A DNA stretch of 64,000 nt from Deltaproteobacteria bacterium. GTDB taxonomy: Bacteria; Myxococcota; Kuafuiibacteriia; Kuafuiibacteriales; Kuafuiibacteriaceae. The stretch is from assembly GCA_040218735.1 (NCBI GenBank), contig JAVJQW010000038.1:224001-288000 (forward strand). The letters are read 5' to 3'. This document shows positions 25,765 through 36,200 of the stretch, piece by piece. The position numbers and the translations under genes are program-made. Each line of letters starts with the position of its first letter. Position 1 is the first letter of the stretch. The notes beneath the pieces were generated by a model. That model searched no databases, was not told the DNA's origin, and worked only from the letters and a program-made list of their open reading frames with translations.

Positions 25765-27560
25765 GTCCCCTTCAGCAGCGCTTCGACGGAAGCGTTGATC
25801 GTCTCCAACACGGAGCGCACGTCCTTCACCACGCTGTCCGCGCCCTGGCTCGCCATCACCTTCGCAAACGCCACCAGCAGCTGCGCTCCCGACGCGCGCC
25901 GCGACGGCTCGGCGTCGAGCAGCTGCCGCACGACGGGCGCATCGACGTTCACGTACAGCCGCGCTTCGGGCCGCTCCTCGAGCTTCGCGGTGAACATCCG
26001 CGCCAGCCCCAACGCCGCGCTCCCGATGCGGCGGTCGGCGTCGTCCGACTCGATGCGCGCCTTCATCTGCGCTTCGCGATCCGGCACCACGACCAGCGGC
26101 AAATACGTCGGCTCGAAGTGCGCGAGCTGCAAGCTCATCCCCTCGACCCCCGCGTCCTCGAGCAGCGCGCGCAGCGCGTCGCCGTCTTCGAGCTCGGCGT
26201 CGCGGAACAACGCGCGGTTGCCGTGCTCGGTGCCGAGCTCCACCACGCGGTATCCGCGCTGACCCGCGACGCGCTTCGCGAACGGGAACGCCGCGAAGCG
26301 TGTCCCGGTCACGACCGGCACCAGCAGCGCCGAGAAGAGCGTCTCCTCCGGCGCGCCGCGCTCGCCGAGCGACACGTAGATCGTGCCTTCGCTGCGCTTC
26401 GCCACCGTCGCCATCGTGAGGTCACCGGCCGAAGTGGGCACGGTGAGATCGTCCACGACGATCTCGAACAGCTGCGGGTCCGACAGCGCCGCCCCGAGCA
26501 GCGCCTCGTTGTGGCGTCGCAGGATCCGCCGCCAGTTCGCCGGGTCGTGCCGCGCCGTGTGACGAAGGCCCGCGATGAGTGTGTCGCGCACCAGCGCCTG
26601 GACCTCTTCGAAGACGTCGTCCTCGCACAGCTCTTCGCGGCTCGCCGTCGGCGCGAGCCGCTCGCTCTCGATGACGCCGCCGACGAACCCCGCCCACGGC
26701 GGGACGAGCTTGCGGGCGTCGTCGCTCACGAGCATCCCGCGGACGAAGACGGACATGTTGCGGTTGTCGCTCGTCGCGTAGGTCGACCCGTCCTGGATCC
26801 ACAGCGTCCCGCGGTGACCGTCGCCTTCGAGATCGTACGCGCAGATCGGATCGAACGTCCGCTCGAAGTGGCGCGCGAGCGCGAGGTCCGCCTTGGTCTT
26901 CTTCACCCCCGTCGGCGCCGGGTCCTGCCGCCACCACGGCGCGAGGACGTTCGCGCGCTGCTGCCGCGCGCCGTCGAGGAACACCGGCGTGGGGAGCAGG
27001 GCGCAGTAGTGCTCGACGAGGTGTGCGATCGCGTCAGGCTCGGCGAGGTGCTCGAACGCCGGCGCGAGGTGCAACACCACGGTCGTCCCGACCGCGCGCG
27101 TCGTGGGGTGCGGCTGGATCGTGAACCGTTGCCCGTTGTCGCTCGCGAAGTGCCAGGTTCGATCGGGCGTCTGGTACGACGTCGTGAAGACCTCGACACG
27201 CCGGCTCACGACGAACGCCGTCAAGAACCCCAGCCCGAACATGCCGATCAGATCGTTCGCCTCGCCCTTTTCGCGGAGCGTGCGCGTGTAGCCGCGGCCG
27301 ATCGTCGCGAGGTCACGTTCGAGCTCCTCGTCCGTGAGGCCGGCGCCGGCGTCGCAGATCTCGATGCGCCCGGGCGTCGCCGTGACGGTGATCCACGCCT
27401 CGAAGGGCGCCTTGGACTCGATCCGCCGCCGCACGCAGGAGTCGTGTGCGTTCTGGACGAGCTCGCGCATCGCGACGGCGGGCGTCGAGTACAGGTTCTT
27501 GCCCAGGACCTGGAGCAGGCCGGGGAGATCGACGCGGGTGGCTTCCAGCCGAGCCGTCAT
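25761..27560 (-). CDS. HSP90/HtpG-like GHKL ATPase
   Basis: NLYS...MRELVQNAHDS, DAGAGL, IGMFGLGFL, GTTVVL, PTASRE. Confidence 0.88.
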   Translation of the reverse strand: MTARLEATRVDLPGLLQVLGKNLYSTPAVAMRELVQNAHDSCVRRRIESKAPFEAWITVTATPGRIEICDAGAGLTDEELERDLATIGRGYTRTLREKGEANDLIGMFGLGFLTAFVVSRRVEVFTTSYQTPDRTWHFASDNGQRFTIQPHPTTRAVGTTVVLHLAPAFEHLAEPDAIAHLVEHYCALLPTPVFLDGARQQRANVLAPWWRQDPAPTGVKKTKADLALARHFERTFDPICAYDLEGDGHRGTLWIQDGSTYATSDNRNMSVFVRGMLVSDDARKLVPPWAGFVGGVIESERLAPTASREELCEDDVFEEVQALVRDTLIAGLRHTARHDPANWRRILRRHNEALLGAALSDPQLFEIVVDDLTVPTSAGDLTMATVAKRSEGTIYVSLGERGAPEETLFSALLVPVVTGTRFAAFPFAKRVAGQRGYRVVELGTEHGNRALFRDAELEDGDALRALLEDAGVEGMSLQLAHFEPTYLPLVVVPDREAQMKARIESDDADRRIGSAALGLARMFTAKLEERPEARLYVNVDAPVVRQLLDAEPSRRASGAQLLVAFAKVMASQGADSVVKDVRSVLETINASVEALLKGT

Positions 27561-27631
27561 GGCGCGACAGCCTAACCGCTTACGGGCCCGGCGAAAGCGA
27601 ACTTGTGCGCTGGCTGTGGTGAATTGTGTCC

Positions 27632-28807
27632 ATGGCCTCGCCGATCGACACCCTCCGCTCCTCACCGCGCGCCCCGTTCGTCGAACCGCCCACGCCCCGG
27701 GCCCGCAGGTCGGCGCCGATCGTGCCGGCGTTCGACGCCGCCGCGTCGGCCTACGGGCAGCAGACCGGGCGCGCGAGCACCACGAGCGGACCGGCGCAGC
27801 TCGCGCAGCTCGTCGCGAAGGACTTCGAGGTGAGCCCCGAGCAGCAGCGCTTCGAGCGCATGATGCGCACCGACACGAAGCTGTTCGTGAACCCCACGAA
27901 GTCGCGGACCAACTGCAGCGAGTGTGCGATCGCGCTCGACCGTCGCTTCGGCGGCGACATGTCGGCGGTCGCGCGCGACGAAGCGATCAGCGCGCACGGC
28001 GGAGACCCGATCGTCGGGATGCTCGCGGAGCTGGAGCGCCCCGAGGTCCACGCGAAGTTGATCGGCGACGACGAACCTGACCCGCAGCTCGCCGCGCTCC
28101 GCGCCGGCGACATCACGTTCGCCGACCTGCGCGCCGGCGGGCGCGCGAAGATCGAAGCGGCGATCGAGACCCTCCGCAGCACCGACTTCACCGAGGACAG
28201 CACCACGGCGGAGCGCGCGGTCGCCGAAGTCGCGGCGCTCCCGCACGTCGTCTTGATGGGGCGGCACAACGCCGAGGACTACTCGATCCAGGAGGTCGCC
28301 CGCCGCCTCGGGCGACCGAGCGAGGACATCGAGCAGTTCGCGTCCAAGGAGTCCGGGCTGTGGGCGCAGATCCCGTTGTTCGACGTCGAAGGATTCAACG
28401 CCAAACAGCTCGTCCCCGTCGCGCGCCGCAGCGGCGTCGCCGACGCGCTCGGCAAACGCATCCGCGCGATGAAGACCAACGAGCGCGCCGTGCTGTCGTT
28501 CCTCGCGGTGTCCCCCGACGGCCACGTGCACGCGCACCTGTTGAACGTCGTGAAGCCCAACACCACGCGCCCGCTGCCGGGCGGCGGCACGCACACCATG
28601 GGGCCCGACGAGTTCATCGTCGACGGGCAGCTCGGCCACGTCTACGAGCTCGACGCGTTCCTGAGGTTCACGTACCCGAACCTGCTCTACGCCGAGCTCC
28701 TCCCCACCGGCACCGAGCTGCACGACGGGAAGAACCTCGCGCTGTTCCGCACGCTCCGCGGCGGGGCGATCAAAACGCAGGAGGCGCTGCGCTGGGCAGC
28801 GTGGTGA
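27632..28807 (+). CDS. putative papain-fold toxin/deamidase (Tox-PL-like) domain protein
   Basis: TNCSECAIA ... HAHLLNV ... IVDGQLG triad pattern. Confidence 0.6.
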   Translation: MASPIDTLRSSPRAPFVEPPTPRARRSAPIVPAFDAAASAYGQQTGRASTTSGPAQLAQLVAKDFEVSPEQQRFERMMRTDTKLFVNPTKSRTNCSECAIALDRRFGGDMSAVARDEAISAHGGDPIVGMLAELERPEVHAKLIGDDEPDPQLAALRAGDITFADLRAGGRAKIEAAIETLRSTDFTEDSTTAERAVAEVAALPHVVLMGRHNAEDYSIQEVARRLGRPSEDIEQFASKESGLWAQIPLFDVEGFNAKQLVPVARRSGVADALGKRIRAMKTNERAVLSFLAVSPDGHVHAHLLNVVKPNTTRPLPGGGTHTMGPDEFIVDGQLGHVYELDAFLRFTYPNLLYAELLPTGTELHDGKNLALFRTLRGGAIKTQEALRWAAW

Positions 28808-28809
28808 GA

Positions 28810-30876
28810 TCAGCGCTGCTTCACGATGAGTGTGTACGGGCCGGGTAGGCCGGACGACACCACGATCGTGTAGTCCCCCGCGCCGTCGAGCGCGACGCCC
28901 CACGCGGCGCCGAGCTGCGTGGAGATCGCGGCGCCGTCGGGATCGCGGACCTGGATCTGCCGCTGGTACGCGCCCTCGCCGAGCGCGACGTCGATCGTGA
29001 CCGCGCCGGTCGCCGTGTACGTGTACAGGTCGAGGTCGGACGCGTCCGAGAGCTCTCCGACGGCGGCGTCGATCGGGTTGGCCAACGCCGTCTCTTCGCC
29101 GGGGGCGTCGTTCGGCTCGACCTCCATCACGCCGGTCACCGGCGTGATCTCGGCCGACAGATCGTACGTGTAGAGCGCGCCGCCGAAGCCGTTGTTCGCG
29201 TTGTGCACGGACGCGATGTAGCGGTCGGTCGTCGGCAAGTACGCGAGCGCGCGCGGCGCGCCCTGGCCGAACTGTCCGACGCCGTTGGGCCCGTACACCC
29301 GAATCGAAGGGTCGAAGTCCGCGACGCCGTCGTTGCCGACCACCGACAGATCCGCGACCGCCCGAACGCCCGGGTTGAGGTAGTGGCGACGGATCGAGCC
29401 CGCCGGGTTCAGCTCGCCCGAGAGCGTCCCGGTCGACGTGAACGTCCCGCCGACCGGCGGCCGGAAGACGACCGTCGTGAGGATGCCGTACCCGAACAGC
29501 GGCCCGCCCTCGTTCGCCGGCGGGTCGGCGAGGTTCGGCTGGTGCACGACGAGCATGTGGTACGTCCCGGCGTACGGGAACACGGCTTCGATCTTGGGTG
29601 CGAGGCCGGACGAGTCGAGGCTCGTGTACAGCGCCTCGAACTCACCGTCCTCGCGGATCTGTCCGAGCAACATCGCCGGGTCCGTCGAGTTCGCGGGCAG
29701 GATGATGCCGTCGAACGCGAGCGTCTGGCCGGCCTGCGCCTCGAAGAAGTACCAGTCCTGGTCGGGCTGCCCGAGCGGCGCGCTGATCTCGCCGTCGGTG
29801 CGTCCCGGCACCGTCATCGCGCTCGCGATGTCGATGCGATCGTTCGGCTCGAGGTCGCCGATCAGCTCCGGCTGATCCACGGTCAGCCGAACTTCGCGGT
29901 CCTCGCCGTACACCGCGATGTAGTCGAGCACGACGCGGATCGTCTTCGGATCGTCGGGCTCGAAGACCACGCGCGAGTCGAAGTAGCCGTCCGCGAGGTT
30001 GTCGGAGACGTAGATCGTCTCGCCGTCGTCGACCTCCACGTACAGCACGGTGTCGACGCCTTCGTTCGACAGCCCGCGGCCGAAGTCGGTCTGCGTGGAG
30101 ATGCGCGAGAACTGCGCTTCGAGCGTAGCGTCGAAGACGAACACCTCGTTGTCGATCGTGTACGGCTCGTTGGCCACGGGCAGCGTGAGCATCGTGCCCT
30201 CCACGGGGAGCGCGCGGATCGACAGCGCGTAGCCGTACGCGTCGCTGCCGCGCGGCTCGTCGCCGAGGATGCCGCGCCGGTCCGCGACGCCGATCGTGTA
30301 CGTGCCGGCCTCCGCGACGTAGACCTGCCGCTCGGCGACGAACAGCCCGTCCGTGTACCGCGCCACGTCTTCGAAGCCGCCGCCCATGATCTCGACGTAC
30401 GGCTCGAGCAGCGACTCGGAGCTCGTCCGTGCGACACGCAGCTCCAGGAGCGTCTGCGCGGGCACCATCACGTCGTACGTATCCATCTGCTGCTCGGCGC
30501 CTTCCTCGATCACGCCGCGCACCTCACGGATGTGTCGAAGCGGCTCGAGCGAAAGCGTCGTCCCGGTGACGTTGCGCTCCTCGTCGAACACACACTGGTC
30601 CTGCTCGGCGCGCCCCGCTTGGCCGTCGTTCGGCGTGGCGGGGCAGGTGTCGCAGGCGTCGCCGACGCCGTCGCTGTCACGATCGCGCTGCTCGGGGTTG
30701 GCGAGCGCGGGGCAGTTGTCCTCGTCGTCGAGCCAGTCGTCGCCGTCCATGTCGGGGCCGCGCGGGCCCGCGTCGCGTTCGACGCCGCCGTCGCGGGCGG
30801 TCATGGTGTCGTCCGAATCGTCGCCGCCGCTGCACGCGGCGAGGACGAGGCAGCCTGCGATCAGAGCACGGCGCAT
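28810..30876 (-). CDS. lipoprotein with thrombospondin type-3 repeats and PPC-like domains
   Basis: Lipobox LAAC; DNCPALANPEQRDRDSDGVGDACD; EPND and DQDWY motifs. Confidence 0.8.
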   Translation of the reverse strand: MRRALIAGCLVLAACSGGDDSDDTMTARDGGVERDAGPRGPDMDGDDWLDDEDNCPALANPEQRDRDSDGVGDACDTCPATPNDGQAGRAEQDQCVFDEERNVTGTTLSLEPLRHIREVRGVIEEGAEQQMDTYDVMVPAQTLLELRVARTSSESLLEPYVEIMGGGFEDVARYTDGLFVAERQVYVAEAGTYTIGVADRRGILGDEPRGSDAYGYALSIRALPVEGTMLTLPVANEPYTIDNEVFVFDATLEAQFSRISTQTDFGRGLSNEGVDTVLYVEVDDGETIYVSDNLADGYFDSRVVFEPDDPKTIRVVLDYIAVYGEDREVRLTVDQPELIGDLEPNDRIDIASAMTVPGRTDGEISAPLGQPDQDWYFFEAQAGQTLAFDGIILPANSTDPAMLLGQIREDGEFEALYTSLDSSGLAPKIEAVFPYAGTYHMLVVHQPNLADPPANEGGPLFGYGILTTVVFRPPVGGTFTSTGTLSGELNPAGSIRRHYLNPGVRAVADLSVVGNDGVADFDPSIRVYGPNGVGQFGQGAPRALAYLPTTDRYIASVHNANNGFGGALYTYDLSAEITPVTGVMEVEPNDAPGEETALANPIDAAVGELSDASDLDLYTYTATGAVTIDVALGEGAYQRQIQVRDPDGAAISTQLGAAWGVALDGAGDYTIVVSSGLPGPYTLIVKQR

Positions 30877-30887
30877 CACGTCCCTAC

Positions 30888-31835
30888 CTACCGCGCGGAA
30901 CGTTCCGTTGGCAAAGCTGCGTAACTTTCCACCCATCCGTCGACGCCCCGATCCTTCAGCGCGCGGACGACGCGGCGCGCCGCGGTCGGCGTCGCACACA
31001 CCGCGACGAGCGCACCTCCGGTTCCGCCTGCGCCGCTCATCTTGGCGCCGAGCGCGCCCGCGGCTTCGGCGGTCTGCACCGCCGCGCGCACCTCCAGGCC
31101 CACCAGCCCGAACCCGTCGAGGATCCCCTGGGCGATCTTCATCGCGCGCCCGACCAGCTCCAGGTCGCCGGTGCGCAACCCTTTCACACCGGCGTCGGCG
31201 GCCGCGCCGAGGGTGTCCATCGCCGATCCGATCAACTGCGGCGCGGCGCGGCGCGTCTCCCCGATCCGCGCGACGACGGGGGCCGTGCCGCCGTGGACCC
31301 CCGCGGTGGCGACGACCACGTACACCGGCGCACCGATCCGCAGCGGCTTCACGCGGATCCGATCCGTACGCTGGAACCGGATCGGTGCTCCCCAGATCGA
31401 CGCCGCGGGATCGATCCCGGAGGGGCGCCCGTGCGCGACGGACTCCACGTCGATGGCGCGCGCGAGGAGCTTCGGCTTGCTCTTCGGCGTCCCGAGGGCC
31501 CGCAGGGTCGCGACGGCGAGCGCCGCGGAGGAGCCGAAGCCGGCCATCGGCGGGACGCCGAGGTCCACGCGCACGTCGAGCGCGTCGAACGAGGCCCCGA
31601 GCGCGCGCCGCAGCAGCTCCACGGGCGCGGCGGCGCGGTGGGCGTCGGGGATGGTCGCGCGACGGGGGACGCGTACGTCGACCTGGCCGCTCCCGTCCCG
31701 CAGCGTGACCTTCACGTGTTTCGATAGGGGGAGGGCGACCGCGGCCGCGCCGTAGACGACGGCGTGCTCCCCGAACAGGATGACCTTGCCCGGGGCTTCA
31801 CCCGTTCGCTTCACTTTTAGCTTTCGCCTCGGCAC
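30888..31835 (-). CDS. mvk: mevalonate kinase
   Basis: APGKVILFGEHAVVYG, PPMAGFGSSAA, HGRPSGID, GAKMSGAGGTGG. Confidence 0.9.
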   Translation of the reverse strand: MPRRKLKVKRTGEAPGKVILFGEHAVVYGAAAVALPLSKHVKVTLRDGSGQVDVRVPRRATIPDAHRAAAPVELLRRALGASFDALDVRVDLGVPPMAGFGSSAALAVATLRALGTPKSKPKLLARAIDVESVAHGRPSGIDPAASIWGAPIRFQRTDRIRVKPLRIGAPVYVVVATAGVHGGTAPVVARIGETRRAAPQLIGSAMDTLGAAADAGVKGLRTGDLELVGRAMKIAQGILDGFGLVGLEVRAAVQTAEAAGALGAKMSGAGGTGGALVAVCATPTAARRVVRALKDRGVDGWVESYAALPTERSAR

Positions 31836-33091
31836 TTGGTGAGCTCGTGCGCGACGCGCTCGGCGGAGACCGGTCCGCCCTCCAGCGTGCGCTCCACGAC
31901 GCGATCCACCTCGTCCGGTGAAGCGCCCGCGGCGAGCGCGAGCTGGCGGGCGTGCAGCGCCATGTGGCCGCGCTGGATCCCCTCGGCGGCGAGCGCCCGG
32001 AGCGCGGCGAGGTTCTGGGCGAGCCCGACCGACGCGAAGATCCCCGACAGGGTGCGGGCGCTCGAAACCCCCATCAGCTCGCGGAGGAGCTGGATCGAGG
32101 GGTGGCTACGGGTGATGCCGCCGACCGTGCCCACCGCGAGGGGGAGCTCGATGGAGCCCGCGAGGTGCTCGCCCTCGAGCGTCCACCGCGTCAGGCCGCG
32201 GTACTGGCCGTCCCGGGCCGCCCAGGCGTGGGCACCCGCTTCGATCGAGCGCCAGTCGTTGCCGGTCGCGATGGCGACGGCGTCGATCCCGTTCAGCAGG
32301 CCCTTGTTGTGCGTGGCCGCGCGGAAGGGATCGAGGCGCGCGAACCGATCCGCCTCGGCGATCCGCTCCGCGACTTCGCGTCCGCCGACGGCTTCGACGG
32401 GGATCCGGGTCTGGGCGCGCGCGAGGCGGTGCGCGGCGAGGTTCGAGAGGATCCGCAGGTTCACCGGGAGGCCCGTCAGCTCCGTGACGACGGGTGCGGT
32501 GCTCTCGCAGACGTGGTTGACGACGTTCGCGCCCATCGCGTCCACGACGTCGATGACGACGTGCAGGATCACCATCGGCGGTCCGCCGTCGGGATCGGTG
32601 AGGCGCCGGATCTCGGTGCGGACCAGGCCTCCGCCGCGCGCGGCCATCGGGCGGCACGCGTCGGTGGCGGCGGCCTCGACGCGGTCGATGCCGGCGCGGA
32701 GGGCGTCTTCGGCGGATCGGGCCGAGGCGTCGTCGGGCGGACAGAGCTGCAGCTGTCCGATCATGTGGGACGGGTCGCACGTCGCGGTGAAACCGCCGCC
32801 CGCGCGCGCCATCTTGGCGGCGTTGGAGAAGGCGGCGACGACCGAGGGCTCTTCGACGGCCATCGGGACCAGGTAGTCGGTGCCGTTGACCTTGAGGTTG
32901 AGGCCGATCCCCAGGGGCAGGGAGAGCACGCCGACCACGTTTTCGATGAGCTTGTCGGCGAGGGCGAGCGCGAGGGCGTCGGGATCCAGGGCGCCGAAAT
33001 CGTCCACCGGCCGGCCGAGCAGCTCGGCCAGGACCGACCGGCGTTTCTCGACGGGCCACTTGTAGAAGCCCGGAAGGCGCGAGTCGGTCAT
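31817..33091 (-). CDS. mvaA: hydroxymethylglutaryl-CoA reductase, class II
   Basis: IENVVG, PMAVEEPSVVAA, DAMGAN, RAATHNKG, GIQRGHMALH. Confidence 0.93.
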   Translation of the reverse strand: MTDSRLPGFYKWPVEKRRSVLAELLGRPVDDFGALDPDALALALADKLIENVVGVLSLPLGIGLNLKVNGTDYLVPMAVEEPSVVAAFSNAAKMARAGGGFTATCDPSHMIGQLQLCPPDDASARSAEDALRAGIDRVEAAATDACRPMAARGGGLVRTEIRRLTDPDGGPPMVILHVVIDVVDAMGANVVNHVCESTAPVVTELTGLPVNLRILSNLAAHRLARAQTRIPVEAVGGREVAERIAEADRFARLDPFRAATHNKGLLNGIDAVAIATGNDWRSIEAGAHAWAARDGQYRGLTRWTLEGEHLAGSIELPLAVGTVGGITRSHPSIQLLRELMGVSSARTLSGIFASVGLAQNLAALRALAAEGIQRGHMALHARQLALAAGASPDEVDRVVERTLEGGPVSAERVAHELTKCRGES

Positions 33092-33171
33092 CCGGCGACC
33101 CGTGTAGTGGAGGCATCCGGCGAGGGTCAACCAGCGGCTACATCATCGCGAAAACCAAGGTGCGTTCCGGC

Positions 33172-33200
33172 TTGACGCGGATGTCACCCCCTTCTAGAGA
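33172..33200 (+). promoter_or_regulatory. putative sigma70 promoter of the cytochrome c gene
   Basis: TTGACG-N17-TAGAGA ending 6 nt before the GTG start. Confidence 0.5.
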
Positions 33201-33206
33201 GCCCCC

Positions 33207-36200
33207 GTGGCGAAGAAGAAGACGCGCTTGGAAGAGGAGTCGTACCGACTCTGGTTCTTCATCATCGGCCAGCTCCTGATGCTCTCCATGGTCTGGCTGG
33301 TCTACCAGGAGTTCTTCAGCCGGCGGCCCTGGAAGGACGTGCAGCTGGGTTGGTTCCAGGTGGAGAAGGCGCGGGCCAACAAGAACCTCGAAGCCGAGCA
33401 GAAGTTCCTGAAGTCCGGCACCCTCACGGTGAAGGACGAGGACGGCGAGGAAGAGGAGATCGACGTCGGCGAGCGCGTTGCGACCCTGCAAAAGGAGATC
33501 GCGGAGCTCGAAGGCGCGATCGTCGACAGCCCGAAGTACGTCGAGTTCACGCGGCTCAAGCAGGAGCTGGCGGAGGCGGAGATCGTCGTGAAGGACGAGG
33601 AGATGCGGCTCGCGTTCTCCAAGGCCGACGAGGACGAGTACTACTACTACTACCGCCACGCAAAACACGCGGGTCATGACGACCACATCGCGGAGGCGGA
33701 GGCCGAGTACGAAGCGCGCCACAAGATCGTCCTCGAGAAGAGCGCCATCTACGACGCGGCGACGGCGAAGCGCGACGCGATCCTCGACAAGGTCGCGGCC
33801 TTCCAGACCGAGCTGAACGCGAAGAAGGCCGAGCTGGCGAAGTTCGAGAGCGGCCTCGCGGCGGCGCAGCGGACCGTCGACTCGACCAAGGAGCAGTGGA
33901 CGTCGATCGAGCAGTTCTGGAACCAGGAGATCGACCTCGTCGATCGCTGCCACACCTGCCACGTCGGCTGGAACAAGTGCGGCTACGCGCACCCCGAAGA
34001 GATCCTGAACGCCGTGCTCTACGAGGGGCAGAAGGCGGCGGACATCCGCAAGTTCTATTGCGTCACGCGCACCGAGGCGGAGGCGTACATGGAGGCGGCC
34101 GAAGAGATCCGCGACTCCTGGTACGAGGACGAAAAGCTCACGTTCGAGGACGTGAAGGACAAGCTGTACACGGCAGGCGCGCCCGAGGACGCGGCGGAGA
34201 AGGTCACCGAGCCGGTCCTCGCGACGGCGATGAACCTCGGCGTCAAGCAGTCCGACGCGGACGTCTTGTACCGCACGCACCCGGACTACTGGGGCCTGAT
34301 GACGAAGCACCCGGTGCAGACCTACGGCTGCACGACCTGCCACTACGGGCAGGGGCGTCAGACGAAGGGCGTCGCGCTGAACTACCTCGCGGCGTACCTG
34401 TGGGACGGCGCGCGTCACCTCGCGCCGTTCGACCACGCGACGAGCGACCACTACTGGATCGAGCAGATCCTCGACAACGACCGCAACCACACGGAGGCGT
34501 CGTGTTTCAACTGCCACGAGAAGGACTACGAGCTCGACTTCGCGCCGAACCTCACGGAGGGCCGCAAGCTCGTCCAACACCTCGGCTGCACCGGTTGCCA
34601 CCCGCTGGGTGAGCTCGATCCGGAGCGCAACCACGGACCGCCGCTGACCGCGGTGAAGTCGAAGATCGACGTCGCGTGGATGAACGCGTGGATCCAGAAC
34701 CCGCACCAGATCCGCTCGCGTACGCGGATGCCGAACTTCTGGCCGACCGCGGTCGACAAGGAAGGCAAGCGGGACGCGTCGCGGAACGACTGCAACGCGT
34801 TCGACTACGCCAAGGGCGGTCCGCCGGCGCCGGCCGTGTGGATGAACTGCGCGGACCAGCGCGACGAGGAGTCGGGCTACATCATGGCGTACCTCCTCGA
34901 TCAGTCGGAGGAGCCGACGATGCCGACGATGCCCGCCTCCGCCGACGCGGCGAAGGGCCAGGAGATCGTCGAGAAGGTGGGTTGCCGCGGCTGCCACAAC
35001 CTCGACGAGTGGACCCAGGCGTCGCACATGCCGGGCAGCGAGGCGCGTGACCTCGCGCCGAACCTCACGGAGATCGGCGACAAGCTGAAGAACCCGGGCT
35101 GGATCTACCAGTGGGTCAAGAACCCGAAGGGCTGGTGGAAGCACACGCGGATGCCGAGCCTCCGTCTGACGGACGAGGAGGCGTGGAACGTCGCGGCGTA
35201 CCTGTCGGGCAAGTCGGCGAAGAGCTACCAGCTGCCGGCGCGCACGCAGGCGGCGATGGACAAGGACGACGCCGCGGAGCGCGGCAAGAAGCTGATCGGT
35301 TACTACGGTTGCTTCGGCTGCCACGACATCAAGGGCTTCGAAGGCCAGTCGCGGATCGGTGCGGACCTGACGCTGTTCGGTTCGAAGCTGCCGCACAAAC
35401 TCGACTTCGGCGACGTCGAGGAGCTGATCTCCGATCCGCACAACCAGACGTGGGAGGCGTGGCTGCGTCAGAAGCTGGCGGCGCCGCGTTCGTACACCTA
35501 CGAGCGTGCGACGACGCGCATGCCGAAGTTCCAGCTCACGGACCGGGAGATCGACCAGATCGTGCTGTTCCTCAAGAGCCAGAACGAAATGGACAAGGAC
35601 TACCCGGAGCACGTGAAGCACATGCAGGACGAGCGTGACGTGGCGATCCAGCGCGGCGAGTACCTGCTGGACGCGTACAACTGCTCGGGCTGCCACCTGA
35701 TCGACAAGCAGGGCATCGACGTCGACGGCGACCACAAGATGGACGGCGGCGACATCTTCCGGCTCTACGCGGGGACGGACGACCAGTACCGCGCGCCGCC
35801 GAAGCTCATCCGCGAGGGTGCGAAGGTCTACCCGGACTGGTTCTACAAGTTCCTCAAGGAGCCCTTCAAGCTGCGCGAGAACTACGAGATCCGGATGCCG
35901 ACGTTCCAGTTCGACGACGAGACGGCGCAACAGATCGTCGCGTACTTCGCGGCGAAGGCGAACACCGGCTACCCGTACGTCGAGAAGAAGGTCGACGTGT
36001 TGTCGGCGGCGGATCGTGCGACGGCCGACAAACTCTTCAACGAGGCGCAGTGCCTGAACTGCCACACCCTCGGCGGCGACCCGCCGACGGATCCGAAGAA
36101 CGTCGCGCCGAACCTGACGCTGACCTACGAGCGCCTGCAGTACGACTGGCTGTTCCACTGGTTCAAGAACCCGCAGGAGCAGCAGCCGGGCGTCGGCATG

